DNA from: a virus
Lineage: Duplodnaviria > Heunggongvirae > Uroviricota > Caudoviricetes
Virus record (IMG/VR): IMGVR_UViG_2585427740_000001
Direction: 5' to 3' (one strand)
Length of the DNA stretch: 23,852 bases
Shown here: positions 7,464 to 16,817 of the stretch, piece after piece
Layout of the letters: every line of letters starts with the position of its first letter
Numbering within the stretch: the first letter of the stretch is position 1
Notes under the pieces: model-generated
Database searches by the model: none
Seen by the model: only the letters and a program-made list of their open reading frames with translations
What the model was told of the DNA's origin: nothing
Program-made: the position numbers and the translations under genes

Positions 7464-7655
7464 CTAATTATTGGACGAAATTGGTTTTTGCTTTGGTTTA
7501 GTTAGCCTAGCAATCAAGCCAGAGGCAATAATGATGATCCAAGCAATTTGATGCAATGCTACTCCAATATAAGAACCTTTATAGATAATAAAGGCATAGA
7601 TCGCTAGAAACGAAATAAATATCCATAACGAAAGTTGATAAATTTTGGCGCGCAT
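7464..7655 (-). CDS. Possible small two-helix membrane protein (63 aa) in AT-rich insert
   Basis: ORF with two hydrophobic stretches; no convincing RBS; AT-rich DNA can yield spurious ORFs. Confidence 0.3.
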   Translation of the reverse strand: MRAKIYQLSLWIFISFLAIYAFIIYKGSYIGVALHQIAWIIIIASGLIARLTKPKQKPISSNN

Positions 7656-7911
7656 ATTTAATCCAATCAATCAGAAAGACGAGTAATCATAGAGGTACTA
7701 TCACCCGGGTAACTATTGCTATTATGAACGGATAGGATAGAGGCTTCAATAACATATGCATCAAGTATGATGGAATATGTAGGTGAAAATGACTTGTGTC
7801 AAATTTGTGGAAATGAGTACCATGTTTCTCTGAAATTGATGTCGTTAATGGCTAGTGATAGTGAACTTTTTTACTTTATAATTCCTTTGGTTATAACAAT
7901 AAGGTAAATTT

Positions 7912-8472
7912 ATGAAGAAGATAATATTATTAGCCATGATTATTGGTTCTTTAACAGGTTGCGCTAGTGTGCCACCATTGAATTTTTCAACACCTAACGT
8001 GGGAGTTAGCCAGAAAAAAATAGATGCTGAAATTAAGTCATTAACGGTATCACTTGCTCGTCCAGATGAGCAGAAAGGGGATATCACTGCTGGTATGGAG
8101 GCTATAACTCCAATTTGGCGTGAATCTTTGCAGGAAGCACTCGACCGAATGACTATTTTTCGTGATAGTTCACCAAATACGGTTAGCTTAAATGTTAAAG
8201 TGTTGGCTCTTGACGTTCCTGCTTTTGGTGTTTCAATGACAACTAAAGCAATTGCAAGGTATGAAATAATCAACCGTGCGAATGGTGATATTATATATAC
8301 GCAGGATATTGAGTCTACCGGTACTGTTCCAGCCAGTTACGCATTCTACGGTATTGTTCGAGCACGCGAATCTGTTAATCGCGCGGTGCAAAACAACATA
8401 ACGCAGTTCTTGCAAGCATTAGAAAGTGTTGATCTTTCTCGTCCAATGTTTCCTGTTAGGGTAGCTAAATGA
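7912..8472 (+). CDS. Lipoprotein, 186 aa (signal peptide with lipobox LTGC); function unknown
   Basis: MKKIILLAMIIGSLTGCAS... lipobox; AAGG RBS about 9 nt upstream. Stop overlaps the start of the next gene (ATGA). Confidence 0.8.
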   Translation: MKKIILLAMIIGSLTGCASVPPLNFSTPNVGVSQKKIDAEIKSLTVSLARPDEQKGDITAGMEAITPIWRESLQEALDRMTIFRDSSPNTVSLNVKVLALDVPAFGVSMTTKAIARYEIINRANGDIIYTQDIESTGTVPASYAFYGIVRARESVNRAVQNNITQFLQALESVDLSRPMFPVRVAK

Positions 8473-8921
8473 AGCGATTATTCGTAATTGCTCCACTCTT
8501 AGTGTTGGTTGGATGCGCACAAAATATATCGCCAAATAGTTATTCTGTTGGCTCTGTGGGCATGGTTAATCGAACTATCGCTGGTACAGTTATTAGTGCT
8601 AGGGGGGTTGATATCAGTGGGACTTCCGCGTTAGGCGGGACTGCTGGGGCTGCCGTGGGGGCAACCGCTGGTTCTGCGCTTGGTGGGGGAGTTCGTTCTA
8701 ATATCGTTGGTGCCGTTGGTGGTGCAGTCATTGGTGGTATTGCCGGGGCAGCAATCGAATCTTCAGCAACAAAACAAACAGGCATGGAATATGTTGTCGA
8801 AACTGAGAATGGGAATTTAATGACCATTGTTCAAGGCAAAGATCCGTTATTTACTCAAGGAAGTAAGGTCCTTGTTTTATACGGAAACCCTTCTCGCATA
8901 ATAACAGACCCGCGTCACTAA
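8469..8921 (+). CDS. SlyB/Pcp-like outer-membrane lipoprotein with glycine-zipper segment, 150 aa
   Basis: Lipobox LVGCAQ. Long Gly/Ala-rich zipper (GGTAGAAVGATAGSALGGGVRSNIVGAVGGAVIGGIAGAAIE) and a C-terminal region resembling SlyB as recalled. Translationally coupled to the upstream lipoprotein. Confidence 0.8.
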   Translation: MKRLFVIAPLLVLVGCAQNISPNSYSVGSVGMVNRTIAGTVISARGVDISGTSALGGTAGAAVGATAGSALGGGVRSNIVGAVGGAVIGGIAGAAIESSATKQTGMEYVVETENGNLMTIVQGKDPLFTQGSKVLVLYGNPSRIITDPRH

Positions 8922-9111
8922 CATACCTTTTGATTTTGTAAAATCAATTCGTAATAATAAAGTCATCGGAGCTTGAACAACTCCGGTGACTTCTGCGCTA
9001 AACGGGGACGTTTATGCGCACATACAATCCAAACTCTCTTCTCCCTTCACAGATGCAGAAATGCACCTGCGATTTTTTGCATCCAGCGTCTGACCTCTGC
9101 GGAGGTGAAGC

Positions 9112-9567
9112 GTGAACCTACCACAAGATGGCATCAAACTGCATCGCGGTAACTTCACCGCTATCGGCCAGCAGATCCAGCCTTATCTGGAGGACGGAAA
9201 ATGCTTTCGCATGGTGCTTAAACCGTGGCGTGAGAAACGCAGTCTTTCCCAGAATGCACTCAGCCACATGTGGTACAGCGAAATCAGTGAATACCTCATC
9301 AGCAGGGGGAAATCGTTCGCTACCGCAGCATGGGTAAAAGATGCTCTCAAACACACATACCTCGGTTATGAAACCAAGGACCTGGTTGATGTCGTAACCG
9401 GCGAAATCACTACTATCCAGTCGTTACGCCATACCTCCGATCTTGATACCGGAGAGATGTATATCTTCCTGTGTAAGGTTGAAGCCTGGGCGGTGAATAT
9501 TGGCTGCCACCTGACTATTCCGCAGAGCTGCGAGTTCCAGCAGCTCCGCGACAAACAGGAGGCGTAA
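9112..9567 (+). CDS. ybcN: NinB/YbcN-family DNA-binding protein
   Basis: 151-aa ORF from GTG with GGAGGTGA RBS. Translation matches DLP12 YbcN as recalled; sits in the NinB position of the nin region. Confidence 0.85.
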   Translation: MNLPQDGIKLHRGNFTAIGQQIQPYLEDGKCFRMVLKPWREKRSLSQNALSHMWYSEISEYLISRGKSFATAAWVKDALKHTYLGYETKDLVDVVTGEITTIQSLRHTSDLDTGEMYIFLCKVEAWAVNIGCHLTIPQSCEFQQLRDKQEA

Positions 9568-9737
9568 TGGCTACACCGCTTATTCGTGTCATGAACGGAC
9601 ACATCTACAGAGTACCAAATCGTCGTAAGCGTAAACCGGAGCTGAAGCCTTCCGAAATACCAACACTGCTCGGATATACCGCCAGCCTGGTTGATAAAAA
9701 ATGGTTGCGACTGGCAGCAAGGAGGAGTCATGGCTGA
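9567..9737 (+). CDS. ninE: NinE-family protein (56 aa)
   Basis: Hand translation [59 protein letters not shown] overlaps the ybcN stop (TAATG). Confidence 0.7.
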   Translation: MATPLIRVMNGHIYRVPNRRKRKPELKPSEIPTLLGYTASLVDKKWLRLAARRSHG

Positions 9738-10020
9738 TTTGAGAAAAGCAGCGCGTGGTCGGGAATGCCAGGTAAGAATCCCTGGCGTATGTAATGGCAA
9801 CCCTGAAACGTCTGTACTGGCACATATCCGGCTGACTGGATTGTGCGGCACCGGTACGAAACCGCCAGACCTGATTGCCACCATTGCATGTTCTGCCTGC
9901 CACGACGAAATCGACCGCCGCACACATTTTGTCGATGCTGCATATGCAAAAGAATGCGCGCTGGAAGGTATGGCGAGAACACAGGTTATCTGGCTGAAAG
10001 AGGGGGTTATTAAGGCGTGA
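9730..10020 (+). CDS. ybcO: YbcO-family protein (DUF1364, putative nuclease), 96 aa
   Basis: ORF-track ORF 9691-10020; likely start [14 protein letters not shown]... at ATG 9730 with AGGAGG upstream. Cys/His-rich motif. Matches DLP12 YbcO as recalled. Confidence 0.8.
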   Translation: MADLRKAARGRECQVRIPGVCNGNPETSVLAHIRLTGLCGTGTKPPDLIATIACSACHDEIDRRTHFVDAAYAKECALEGMARTQVIWLKEGVIKA

Positions 10021-10379
10021 ATACCTACAGCATCACATTACCCTGGCCTCCGAGCAATAATCGCTATTACCGCCATAATCGCGGGCGCACACACATCAGC
10101 GCAGAAGGGCAGGCATACCGCGATAACGTCACCCGAATCATTAAAAACGCAATGCTGGATATCGGCCTGGCTATGCCAGTGAAAATCCGTATTGAGTGCC
10201 ACATGCCGGATCGCCGTCGCCGTGACCTGGATAATCTGCAAAAAGCCGCTTTTGACGCACTCACCAAAGCAGGTTTCTGGCTGGATGATGCTCAGGTCGT
10301 TGATTACCGCGTTGTGAAGATGCCTGTTACCAAAGGTGGGAGGCTGGAACTGACCATCACCGAAATGGGGAATGAATGA
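10017..10379 (+). CDS. rusA: RusA Holliday-junction resolvase
   Basis: 120-aa translation ([26 protein letters not shown]...) matches RusA as recalled. Confidence 0.95.
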   Translation: MNTYSITLPWPPSNNRYYRHNRGRTHISAEGQAYRDNVTRIIKNAMLDIGLAMPVKIRIECHMPDRRRRDLDNLQKAAFDALTKAGFWLDDAQVVDYRVVKMPVTKGGRLELTITEMGNE

Positions 10380-10516
10380 TGTTTGAGTTTAATATGGCAG
10401 AACTTCTTCGCCACCGCTGGATGCGCCTGCGCTTATATCGTTTCCCCAGTTCTGTTTTGACCGATTACCGAATACTGAGGAATTACGCCAAAACCCTGAC
10501 AGGAGCAGGAGTATGA
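10376..10516 (+). CDS. ylcG: YlcG-family small protein (46 aa)
   Basis: Hand translation [49 protein letters not shown] overlaps the rusA stop. Confidence 0.6.
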   Translation: MMFEFNMAELLRHRWMRLRLYRFPSSVLTDYRILRNYAKTLTGAGV

Positions 10517-10601
10517 AGTCAGAGATAACAATCAACTAATACTGTTTTATTGATTTTTGCTTGTAATTGGCGTTCTGGTCTGATTTTTGTGGAGTAAGTT
10601 G

Positions 10602-10985
10602 ATGCGTGATATTCAGATGGTTCTTGAGCGTTGGGGAGCGTGGGCGGCTAATAATCATGAAGATGTGACCTGGTCGTCCATTGCCGCCGGTTTTAAGGGA
10701 TTAATTACTTCAAAAGTAAAATCTCGCCCGCAATGTTGTGACGATGACGCGATGATCATTTGCGGGTGCATGGCCCGTCTGAAAAAGAACAACAGCGATT
10801 TGCACGATTTATTAGTAGATTATTATGTAGTCGGTATGACATTCATGTCACTGGCAGGTAAGCATTGCTGCTCTGATGGTTATATCGGGAAAAGGTTACA
10901 GAAGGCTGAGGGTATAATTGAAGGGATGTTAATGGCATTAGATATCCGGTTAGAGATGGATATCGTTGTTAATAACTCTAATTAA
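10602..10985 (+). CDS. Q: Late-gene antiterminator Q (QuuD-like, phage 82/21 type)
   Basis: 127 aa from ATG 10602 with GGAG RBS ([24 protein letters not shown]...). Matches DLP12 QuuD as recalled. Confidence 0.9.
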   Translation: MRDIQMVLERWGAWAANNHEDVTWSSIAAGFKGLITSKVKSRPQCCDDDAMIICGCMARLKKNNSDLHDLLVDYYVVGMTFMSLAGKHCCSDGYIGKRLQKAEGIIEGMLMALDIRLEMDIVVNNSN

Positions 10986-11102
10986 TATGCCAATTGTTTA
11001 CTAAAAATTATTAAAAATGGGGCGTTGAGACGCCCCCAAAAATAAAGGGTAATATATAACAGAAGGTTTATATAGTTAGAAGCAAGGTTGTGCTCCTAAA
11101 GG

Positions 11103-11165
11103 AAGTGGCTTGAGGGAGCCACTTATATGTTGGGGAGGCAAAGCCTCCCGCAACATATCTTTTAG
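11103..11165 (+). terminator. Two tandem stem-loops; the second (11125-11158, ~15-bp stem) is followed by CTTTTAG; candidate tR' of the late operon
   Basis: Inverted repeats AAGTGGCT/AGCCACTT and ATATGTTGGGGAGGC/GCCTCCCGCAACATAT read directly. Lies about 140 nt downstream of Q and just past the 3' end of the convergent porin gene. Confidence 0.5.
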
Positions 11166-11173
11166 TAATCAAA

Positions 11174-12256
11174 TTAGAACTGGTAAACCATACCTACAGC
11201 AACGATATCATCGGTAGCAACGCCAGATGCTTTCGTGAAATCGCTCTTATCAATCAGGTTGATTTTGTAATCAACAAAAGTGGACATATTTTTGTTGAAG
11301 TAATAGGTTGCACCTACATCAATATATTCAACCAGGTCCTGATCACCCCACGCACCCAAGTCTTTTCCTTTAGATTGCAGGTAAGCAACGGACGGACGCA
11401 GACCGAAGTCGAACTGATATTGTGCAACTACTTCGAAGTTTTGTGCTTTGTTGGCAATATGGTTATTACCAAAAACAGTCATGTTCTGGGTTTCAGAATA
11501 GGTGGTAGCCAGATAGATGTTGTTCGCATCATATTTCAGACCAGCTGCCCATACTTCAGCATTTTGACCAGATGCATTCAGGCTGTTGTTACCGTAGATA
11601 ACCTGATTATTAGTGCGGTCAGATTTAGCATAGGTTGCACCTACACCGAATCCTTCATACTCATAAGTAGTGGAGAAACCGAAACCATCACCATTAGCTT
11701 CAGTTACGTCAGTGCGGTCATTTTTACCCTGATACTGAGCAGCAAAGTTCAGACCATCAACCAGACCAAAGAAGTCATTGTTACGATAAGTTGCAACACC
11801 TGTGGTGCGACCAGTCATGAATACATCTGTTTGGGTCCAGGTATCGCCACCGAATTCTGGCAGAACGTCGGTCCATGCACCAATATCGTATGCTACACCG
11901 TAGTTACGGCCATAATCGATGGAGCCGTAGTCACCGAATTTCAGGCCAGCGAAGGCAAGACGGGTTTTATCTTTGGAGGAACCTTGAGATTCAGCGCGGT
12001 TGCCTTTGAATTCATATTCCCACTGACCGAAACCAGTCAGTTGATCGTTGATTTGGGTTTCACCTTTGAAGCCAAGACGGGCATAAGTAGTATCACCATC
12101 ATCTGCATCATTAGAGGAGAAGTAGTGCTTAGCATTAACTTTCCCGTACAGATCCAGCTTGTTACTGTCTTTATTATAAATTTCAGCTGCCTGAGCAGAC
12201 ATCGCCATCAGTACTGATGCAGCTACAGCAGAAATTGCCACTGTTAATTTTTTCAT
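11174..12256 (-). CDS. nmpC: General porin of the OmpC/OmpF/NmpC(Lc) family
   Basis: 360 aa from [23 protein letters not shown] (signal peptide) to the C-terminal ...VGMVYQF. Resembles NmpC/Lc as recalled. The ORF-track ORF extends 20 codons further upstream, judged spurious. Confidence 0.92.
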   Translation of the reverse strand: MKKLTVAISAVAASVLMAMSAQAAEIYNKDSNKLDLYGKVNAKHYFSSNDADDGDTTYARLGFKGETQINDQLTGFGQWEYEFKGNRAESQGSSKDKTRLAFAGLKFGDYGSIDYGRNYGVAYDIGAWTDVLPEFGGDTWTQTDVFMTGRTTGVATYRNNDFFGLVDGLNFAAQYQGKNDRTDVTEANGDGFGFSTTYEYEGFGVGATYAKSDRTNNQVIYGNNSLNASGQNAEVWAAGLKYDANNIYLATTYSETQNMTVFGNNHIANKAQNFEVVAQYQFDFGLRPSVAYLQSKGKDLGAWGDQDLVEYIDVGATYYFNKNMSTFVDYKINLIDKSDFTKASGVATDDIVAVGMVYQF

Positions 12257-12682
12257 CGTGAGCCCTTTTTTTGAACTATTATTAAAAAATGATGTCACTG
12301 CGCGATAAATATTCATCTAATCAATGTGATTATTTCAAGATGTAAGTTTTGGTTTCTCATTTGATTTGTGAAGTAGATCTCTATTTTTATCTGAACTTTT
12401 TCTATCGAATCCTATTCATGGCTCTTGGCTGAATAAAAATAAATCTATTAGCCAATTTATATTAATGGCTGTTATTTATAAGTGCTCTATAATTTGAAGA
12501 TTCAATTTAAACCAGCTAAAAATAACGCTGGAAATTATTTGTTGGTTATTTGTTGAGATTTGCTTATGTATTTGTAGTGGTGTTTTCAATACTCGGTAGC
12601 ATTCTCGCAAATATCATTTAGTGGTTTACGTACGTAAAAAATTGGTTATGCTGTTAAGAGTGGTTACTTCGTCACACAGCTT

Positions 12683-12716
12683 AAACCCGCCGTCGAGCGG
12701 GTTTTTCCATTTTTTG
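12683..12716 (+). terminator. Intrinsic terminator-like hairpin (AAACCCGC-CGTCGA-GCGGGTTT) followed by TTCCATTTTTT
   Basis: Perfect 8-bp GC-rich stem and T-tract read directly. Lies in the AT-rich region between the porin start and S. Confidence 0.5.
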
Positions 12717-12843
12717 AGTCTCGATATTAGCTGATAACCCAATACCTGAGTTATTCACTGACTCCGAGTCTGTTACGTTTCTGCTTTTTTGCGATACGTT
12801 GTATTCCCTCAATTTACACCCGCTTTGTCTGCGAGGTGGGGTT

Positions 12844-13059
12844 ATGAAATCCATGGATAAGTTAACAACGGGTGTCGCCTATGGCACCTCAGCAGGTAGT
12901 GCCGGTTACTGGTTTTTACAGCTGCTCGATAAAGTCACGCCCTCACAGTGGGCAGCAATAGGTGTGCTGGGTAGCCTGGTATTTGGCCTGCTGACGTACC
13001 TGACAAACCTTTATTTCAAGATTAAAGAAGATAAGCGCAAGGCTGCGAGAGGTGAATAA
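12844..13059 (+). CDS. S: Class II holin (phage 21 S-type pinholin) with dual-start motif MKSMDK
   Basis: Translation [71 protein letters not shown] resembles S21 as recalled. Two Met codons three codons apart; two TM segments. Confidence 0.9.
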
Positions 13060-13556
13060 TGCCTCCATCATTACGAAAAGCCGTTGCTGCTGCTATTGGT
13101 GGCGGAGCAATTGCTATAGCATCAGTGTTAATTACTGGCCCAAGTGGTAACGATGGTCTGGAAGGTGTCAGCTACGTACCATACAAAGATATCGTTGGCG
13201 TATGGACTGTATGTCACGGACACACCGGAAAAGACATCATGCTCGGTAAAACGTATACCAAAGCAGAATGCAAAGCACTCTTGAATAAAGACCTTGCCAC
13301 TGTCGCCAGACAAATTAACCCGTACATCAAAGTCGATATACCGGAAACAACGCGCGGCGCTCTTTACTCATTCGTTTACAACGTGGGTGCTGGCAATTTC
13401 AGAACATCGACGCTTCTTCGCAAAATAAACCAGGGCGATATCAAAGGCGCATGTGATCAGCTACGTCGCTGGACATATGCTGGCGGTAAGCAATGGAAAG
13501 GTCTCATGACTCGTCGTGAGATTGAGCGTGAAATCTGTTTGTGGGGTCAGCAATGA
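13059..13556 (+). CDS. R: SAR endolysin (T4-lysozyme-like muramidase with N-terminal signal-anchor-release domain)
   Basis: 165 aa with a Gly/Ala-rich weakly hydrophobic N-terminus ([20 protein letters not shown]) followed by a lysozyme-like core. Start overlaps the holin stop. Confidence 0.92.
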   Translation: MPPSLRKAVAAAIGGGAIAIASVLITGPSGNDGLEGVSYVPYKDIVGVWTVCHGHTGKDIMLGKTYTKAECKALLNKDLATVARQINPYIKVDIPETTRGALYSFVYNVGAGNFRTSTLLRKINQGDIKGACDQLRRWTYAGGKQWKGLMTRREIEREICLWGQQ

Positions 13557-14014
13557 ACAGAGTAACCGCGATTATCTCCGCTCTGGTTATCTGCATCATC
13601 GTCTACCTGTCATGGGCTGTTAATCATTACCGTGATAACGCCATTACCTACAAAGCCCAGCGCGACAAAAATGCCAGAGAACTGAAGCTGGCGAACGCGG
13701 CAATTACTGACATGCAGATGCGTCAGCGTGATGTTGCTGCGCTCGATGCAAAATACACGAAGGAGTTAGCTGATGCGAAAGCTGAAAATGATGCTCTGCG
13801 TGATGATGTTGCCGCTGGTCGTCGTCGGTTGCACATCAAAGCAGTCTGTCAGTCAGTGCGTGAAGCCACCACCGCCTCCGGCGTGGATAATGCAGCCTCC
13901 CCCCGACTGGCAGACACCGCTGAACGGGATTATTTCACCCTCAGAGAGAGGCTGATCACTATGCAAAAACAACTGGAAGGAACCCAGAAGTATATTAATG
14001 AGCAGTGCAGATAG
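13553..14014 (+). CDS. Rz: Rz inner-membrane spanin subunit
   Basis: 153 aa, N-terminal TM then coiled coil. ATG overlaps the R stop (ATGA). Confidence 0.85.
   Translation: MNRVTAIISALVICIIVYLSWAVNHYRDNAITYKAQRDKNARELKLANAAITDMQMRQRDVAALDAKYTKELADAKAENDALRDDVAAGRRRLHIKAVCQSVREATTASGVDNAASPRLADTAERDYFTLRERLITMQKQLEGTQKYINEQCR
13773..13955 (+). CDS. Rz1: Rz1 outer-membrane lipoprotein spanin subunit, embedded in the +1 frame of Rz
   Basis: 60 aa with lipobox VVGCTS and proline-rich segment (PPPPPAW...PPPDW). AGGAG RBS 8 nt upstream. Lies entirely inside Rz. Confidence 0.8.
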   Translation: MRKLKMMLCVMMLPLVVVGCTSKQSVSQCVKPPPPPAWIMQPPPDWQTPLNGIISPSERG

Positions 14015-14045
14015 AGTTGCCCATATCGATGGGCAACTCATGCAA

Positions 14046-14339
14046 TTATTGTGAGCAATACACACGCGCTTCCAGCGGAGTATAAATGCCTAAAGTAATA
14101 AAACCGAGCAATCCATTTACGAATGTTTGCTGGGTTTCTGTTTTAACAACATTTTCTGCGCCGCCACAAATTTTGGCTGCATCGACAGTTTTCTTCTGCC
14201 CAATTCCAGAAACGAAGAAATGATGGGTGATGGTTTCCTTTGGTGCTACTGCTGCCGGTTTGTTTTGAACAGTAAACGTCTGTTGAGCACATCCTGTAAT
14301 AAGCAGGGCCAGCGCAGTAGCGAGTAGCATTTTTTTCAT
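14046..14339 (-). CDS. bor: Bor lipoprotein (serum-resistance-associated)
   Basis: 97-aa translation MKKMLLATALALLITGCAQQTFTVQNKPAAVAPKETITHHFFVSGIGQKK... matches lambda Bor as recalled. Confidence 0.92.
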   Translation of the reverse strand: MKKMLLATALALLITGCAQQTFTVQNKPAAVAPKETITHHFFVSGIGQKKTVDAAKICGGAENVVKTETQQTFVNGLLGFITLGIYTPLEARVYCSQ

Positions 14340-14629
14340 GGTGTTATTCCCGATGCTTTTTGAAGTTCGCAGAATCGTATGTGTAGAAAATTAAACAAAC
14401 CCTAAACAATGAGTTGAAATTTCATATTGTTAATATTTATTAATGTATGTCAGGTGCGATGAATCGTCATTGTATTCCCGGATTAACTATGTCCACAGCC
14501 CTGACGGGGAACTTCTCTGCGGGAGTGTCCGGGAATAATTAAAAACGATGCACACAGGGTTTAGCGCGTACACGTATTGCATTATGCCAACGCCCCGGTG
14601 CTGACACGGAAGAAACCGGACGTTATGAT

Positions 14630-15040
14630 TTAGCGTGGAAAGATTTGTGTAGTGTTCTGAATGCTCTCAGTAAATAGTAATGAATTATCAAAGGTATAGT
14701 AATATCTTTTATGTTCATGGATATTTGTAACCCATCGGAAAACTCCTGCTTTAGCAAGATTTTCCCTGTATTGCTGAAATGTGATTTCTCTTGATTTCAA
14801 CCTATCATAGGACGTTTCTATAAGATGCGTGTTTCTTGAGAATTTAACATTTACAACCTTTTTAAGTCCTTTTATTAACACGGTGTTATCGTTTTCTAAC
14901 ACGATGTGAATATTATCTGTGGCTAGATAGTAAATATAATGTGAGACGTTGTGACGTTTTAGTTCAGAATAAAACAATTCACAGTTTAAATCTTTTCGCA
15001 CTTGATCGAATATTTCTTTAAAAATGGCAACCTGAGCCAT
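14630..15040 (-). CDS. ybcV: YbcV-family protein (DUF1398)
   Basis: 136 aa from [24 protein letters not shown]... matching DLP12 YbcV as recalled. The ORF-track ORF extends to 15163; the upstream 41 codons are judged non-coding. Confidence 0.8.
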   Translation of the reverse strand: MAQVAIFKEIFDQVRKDLNCELFYSELKRHNVSHYIYYLATDNIHIVLENDNTVLIKGLKKVVNVKFSRNTHLIETSYDRLKSREITFQQYRENLAKAGVFRWVTNIHEHKRYYYTFDNSLLFTESIQNTTQIFPR

Positions 15041-15325
15041 TGGTAAAACCTTCCATGTGATACGAGGGCGCGTAGTTTGCATTATCGTTTTTATCGTTTC
15101 AATCTGGTCTGACCTCTTTGTGTTTTGTTGATGATTTATGTCAAATATTAGGAATGTTTTCACTTAATAGTATTGGTTGCGTAACAAAGTGCGGTCCTGC
15201 TGGCATTCTGGAGGGAAATACAACCGACAGATGTATGTAAGGCCAACGTGCTCAAATCTTCATACAGAAAGATTTGAAGTAATATTTTAACCGCTAGATG
15301 AAGAGCAAGCGCATGGAGCGACAAA

Positions 15326-15532
15326 ATGAATAAAGAACAATCTGCTGATGATCCCTCCGTGGATCTGATTCGTGTAAAAAATATGCTTAATAGCACCATT
15401 TCTATGAGTTACCCTGATGTTGTAATTGCATGTATAGAACATAAGGTGTCTCTGGAAGCATTCAGAGCAATTGAGGCAGCGTTGGTGAAGCACGATAATA
15501 ATATGAAGGATTATTCCCTGGTGGTTGACTGA
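15326..15532 (+). CDS. ybcW: YbcW-family small protein (68 aa)
   Basis: Translation [40 protein letters not shown]... matches YbcW as recalled. Confidence 0.75.
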
Positions 15533-15696
15533 TCACCATAACTGCTAATCATTCAAACTATTTAGCCTGTGACAGAGCCAACACGCAGTCTGTCACTGTC
15601 AGGAAAGTGGTAAAACTGCAACTCAATTACTGCAATGCCCTCGTAATTAAGTGAATTTACAATATCGTCCTGTTCGGAGGGAAGAACGCGGGATGT

Positions 15697-15891
15697 TCAT
15701 TCTTCATCACTTTTAATTGATGTATATGCTCTCTTTTCTGACGTTAGTCTCCGACGGCAGGCTTCAATGACCCAGGCTGAGAAATTCCCGGACCCTTTTT
15801 GCTCAAGAGCGATGTTAATTTGTTCAATCATTTGGTTAGGAAAGCGGATGTTGCGGGTTGTTGTTCTGCGGGTTCTGTTCTTCGTTGACAT
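15697..15891 (-). CDS. ylcI: YlcI-family protein (DUF3950), 64 aa
   Basis: Translation MSTKNRTRRTTTRNIRFPNQMIEQINIALEQKGSGNFSAWVIEACRRRL... matches YlcI as recalled. Confidence 0.75.
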   Translation of the reverse strand: MSTKNRTRRTTTRNIRFPNQMIEQINIALEQKGSGNFSAWVIEACRRRLTSEKRAYTSIKSDEE

Positions 15892-16059
15892 GAGGTTGCC
15901 CCGTATTCAGTGTCGCTGATTTGTATTGTCTGAAGTTGTTTTTACGTTAAGTTGATGCAGATCAATTAATACGATACCTGCGTCATAATTGATTATTTGA
16001 CGTGGTTTGATGGCGTAGATGCACGTTGTGACATGTAGATGATAATTATTATCATTTTT

Positions 16060-16279
16060 CGGGTCCTTTCCGGCGATCCGACAGGTTACGGGGCGGCGAC
16101 CTCGCGGGTTTTCGCTATTTATGAAAATTTTCCGGTTTAAGGCGTTTCCGTTCTTCTTCGTCATAACTTAATGTTTTTATTTAAAATACCCTCTGAAAAG
16201 AAAGGAAGCGACAGGTGCTGAAAGCGAGCTTTTTGGCCTCTGTCGTTTCCTTTCTCTGTTTTTGTCCGTGGAATGAACA
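16060..16279. other. cos: cos site: cosN with 12-nt cohesive end GGGCGGCGACCT at 16091-16102, followed by cosB (terminase small-subunit binding region) up to the nu1 start
   Basis: Sequence ...CGACAGGTTACG GGGCGGCGACCT CGCGGGTTTTCGCTATTTATGAAAATTTTCCGGTTTAAGGCG... matches the recalled lambda genome ends joined at cos. Confidence 0.88.
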
Positions 16280-16795
16280 ATGGAAGTCAACAAAAAGCAG
16301 CTGGCTGACATTTTCGGTGCGAGTATCCGTACCATTCAGAACTGGCAGGAACAGGGAATGCCCGTTCTGCGAGGCGGTGGCAAGGGTAATGAGGTGCTTT
16401 ATGACTCTGCCGCCGTCATAAAATGGTATGCCGAAAGGGATGCTGAAATTGAGAACGAAAAGCTGCGCCGGGAGGTTGAAGAACTGCGGCAGGCCAGCGA
16501 GGCAGATCTCCAGCCAGGGACTATTGAGTACGAACGCCATCGACTTACGCGTGCGCAGGCCGACGCACAGGAACTGAAGAATGCCAGAGACTCCGCTGAA
16601 GTGGTGGAAACCGCATTCTGTACTTTCGTGTTGTCGCGGATCGCAGGTGAAATTGCCAGTATTCTCGACGGGATCCCCCTGTCGGTGCAGCGGCGTTTTC
16701 CGGAACTGGAAAACCGACATGTTGATTTCCTGAAACGGGATATCATCAAAGCCATGAACAAAGCAGCCGCGCTGGATGAACTGATACCGTTATGA
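16280..16795 (+). CDS. nu1: Terminase small subunit Nu1, C-terminally altered (171 aa; the last ~10 residues of lambda Nu1 are replaced by a single L and a stop)
   Basis: Translation MEVNKKQLADIFGASIRTIQNWQEQGMPVLRGGGKGNEVLYDSAAVIKWYAERD... matches lambda Nu1 through ...AALDELIP, then diverges at about 16789. Confidence 0.9.
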   Translation: MEVNKKQLADIFGASIRTIQNWQEQGMPVLRGGGKGNEVLYDSAAVIKWYAERDAEIENEKLRREVEELRQASEADLQPGTIEYERHRLTRAQADAQELKNARDSAEVVETAFCTFVLSRIAGEIASILDGIPLSVQRRFPELENRHVDFLKRDIIKAMNKAAALDELIPL

Positions 16796-16817
16796 GTTTA
16801 CGGATACGCTGGGGCTG

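Noticed and set aside
9366-9923. 185-aa and 112-aa minus-strand ORFs antisense to ybcN/ninE/ybcO
   Set aside because: They overlap three tightly packed, recognisable nin-region genes on the plus strand and cross their gene boundaries. Judged frame artefacts.
11375-12217. 280-aa plus-strand ORF antisense to the porin gene
   Set aside because: Entirely contained within the porin coding region on the opposite strand. The porin frame has a signal peptide and the canonical C-terminal beta-strand ending in F; the antisense ORF has no RBS or recognisable features.
14630-15163. Longer 177-aa version of ybcV starting at 15163
   Set aside because: The N-terminal 41 codons are AT-rich and lack an RBS, while the internal ATG at 15040 gives the recalled 136-aa YbcV beginning MAQVAIFKE. 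The shorter start is preferred.
15907-16164. 85-aa minus-strand ORF immediately left of cosN
   Set aside because: Overlaps the cos region and has a low-complexity, implausible translation with no RBS. This interval is non-coding in lambda-type genomes.
16181-16720. 179-aa minus-strand ORF over cos and nu1
   Set aside because: Antisense to the well-supported nu1 gene and crossing the cos site. The nu1 frame is the recognisable one.
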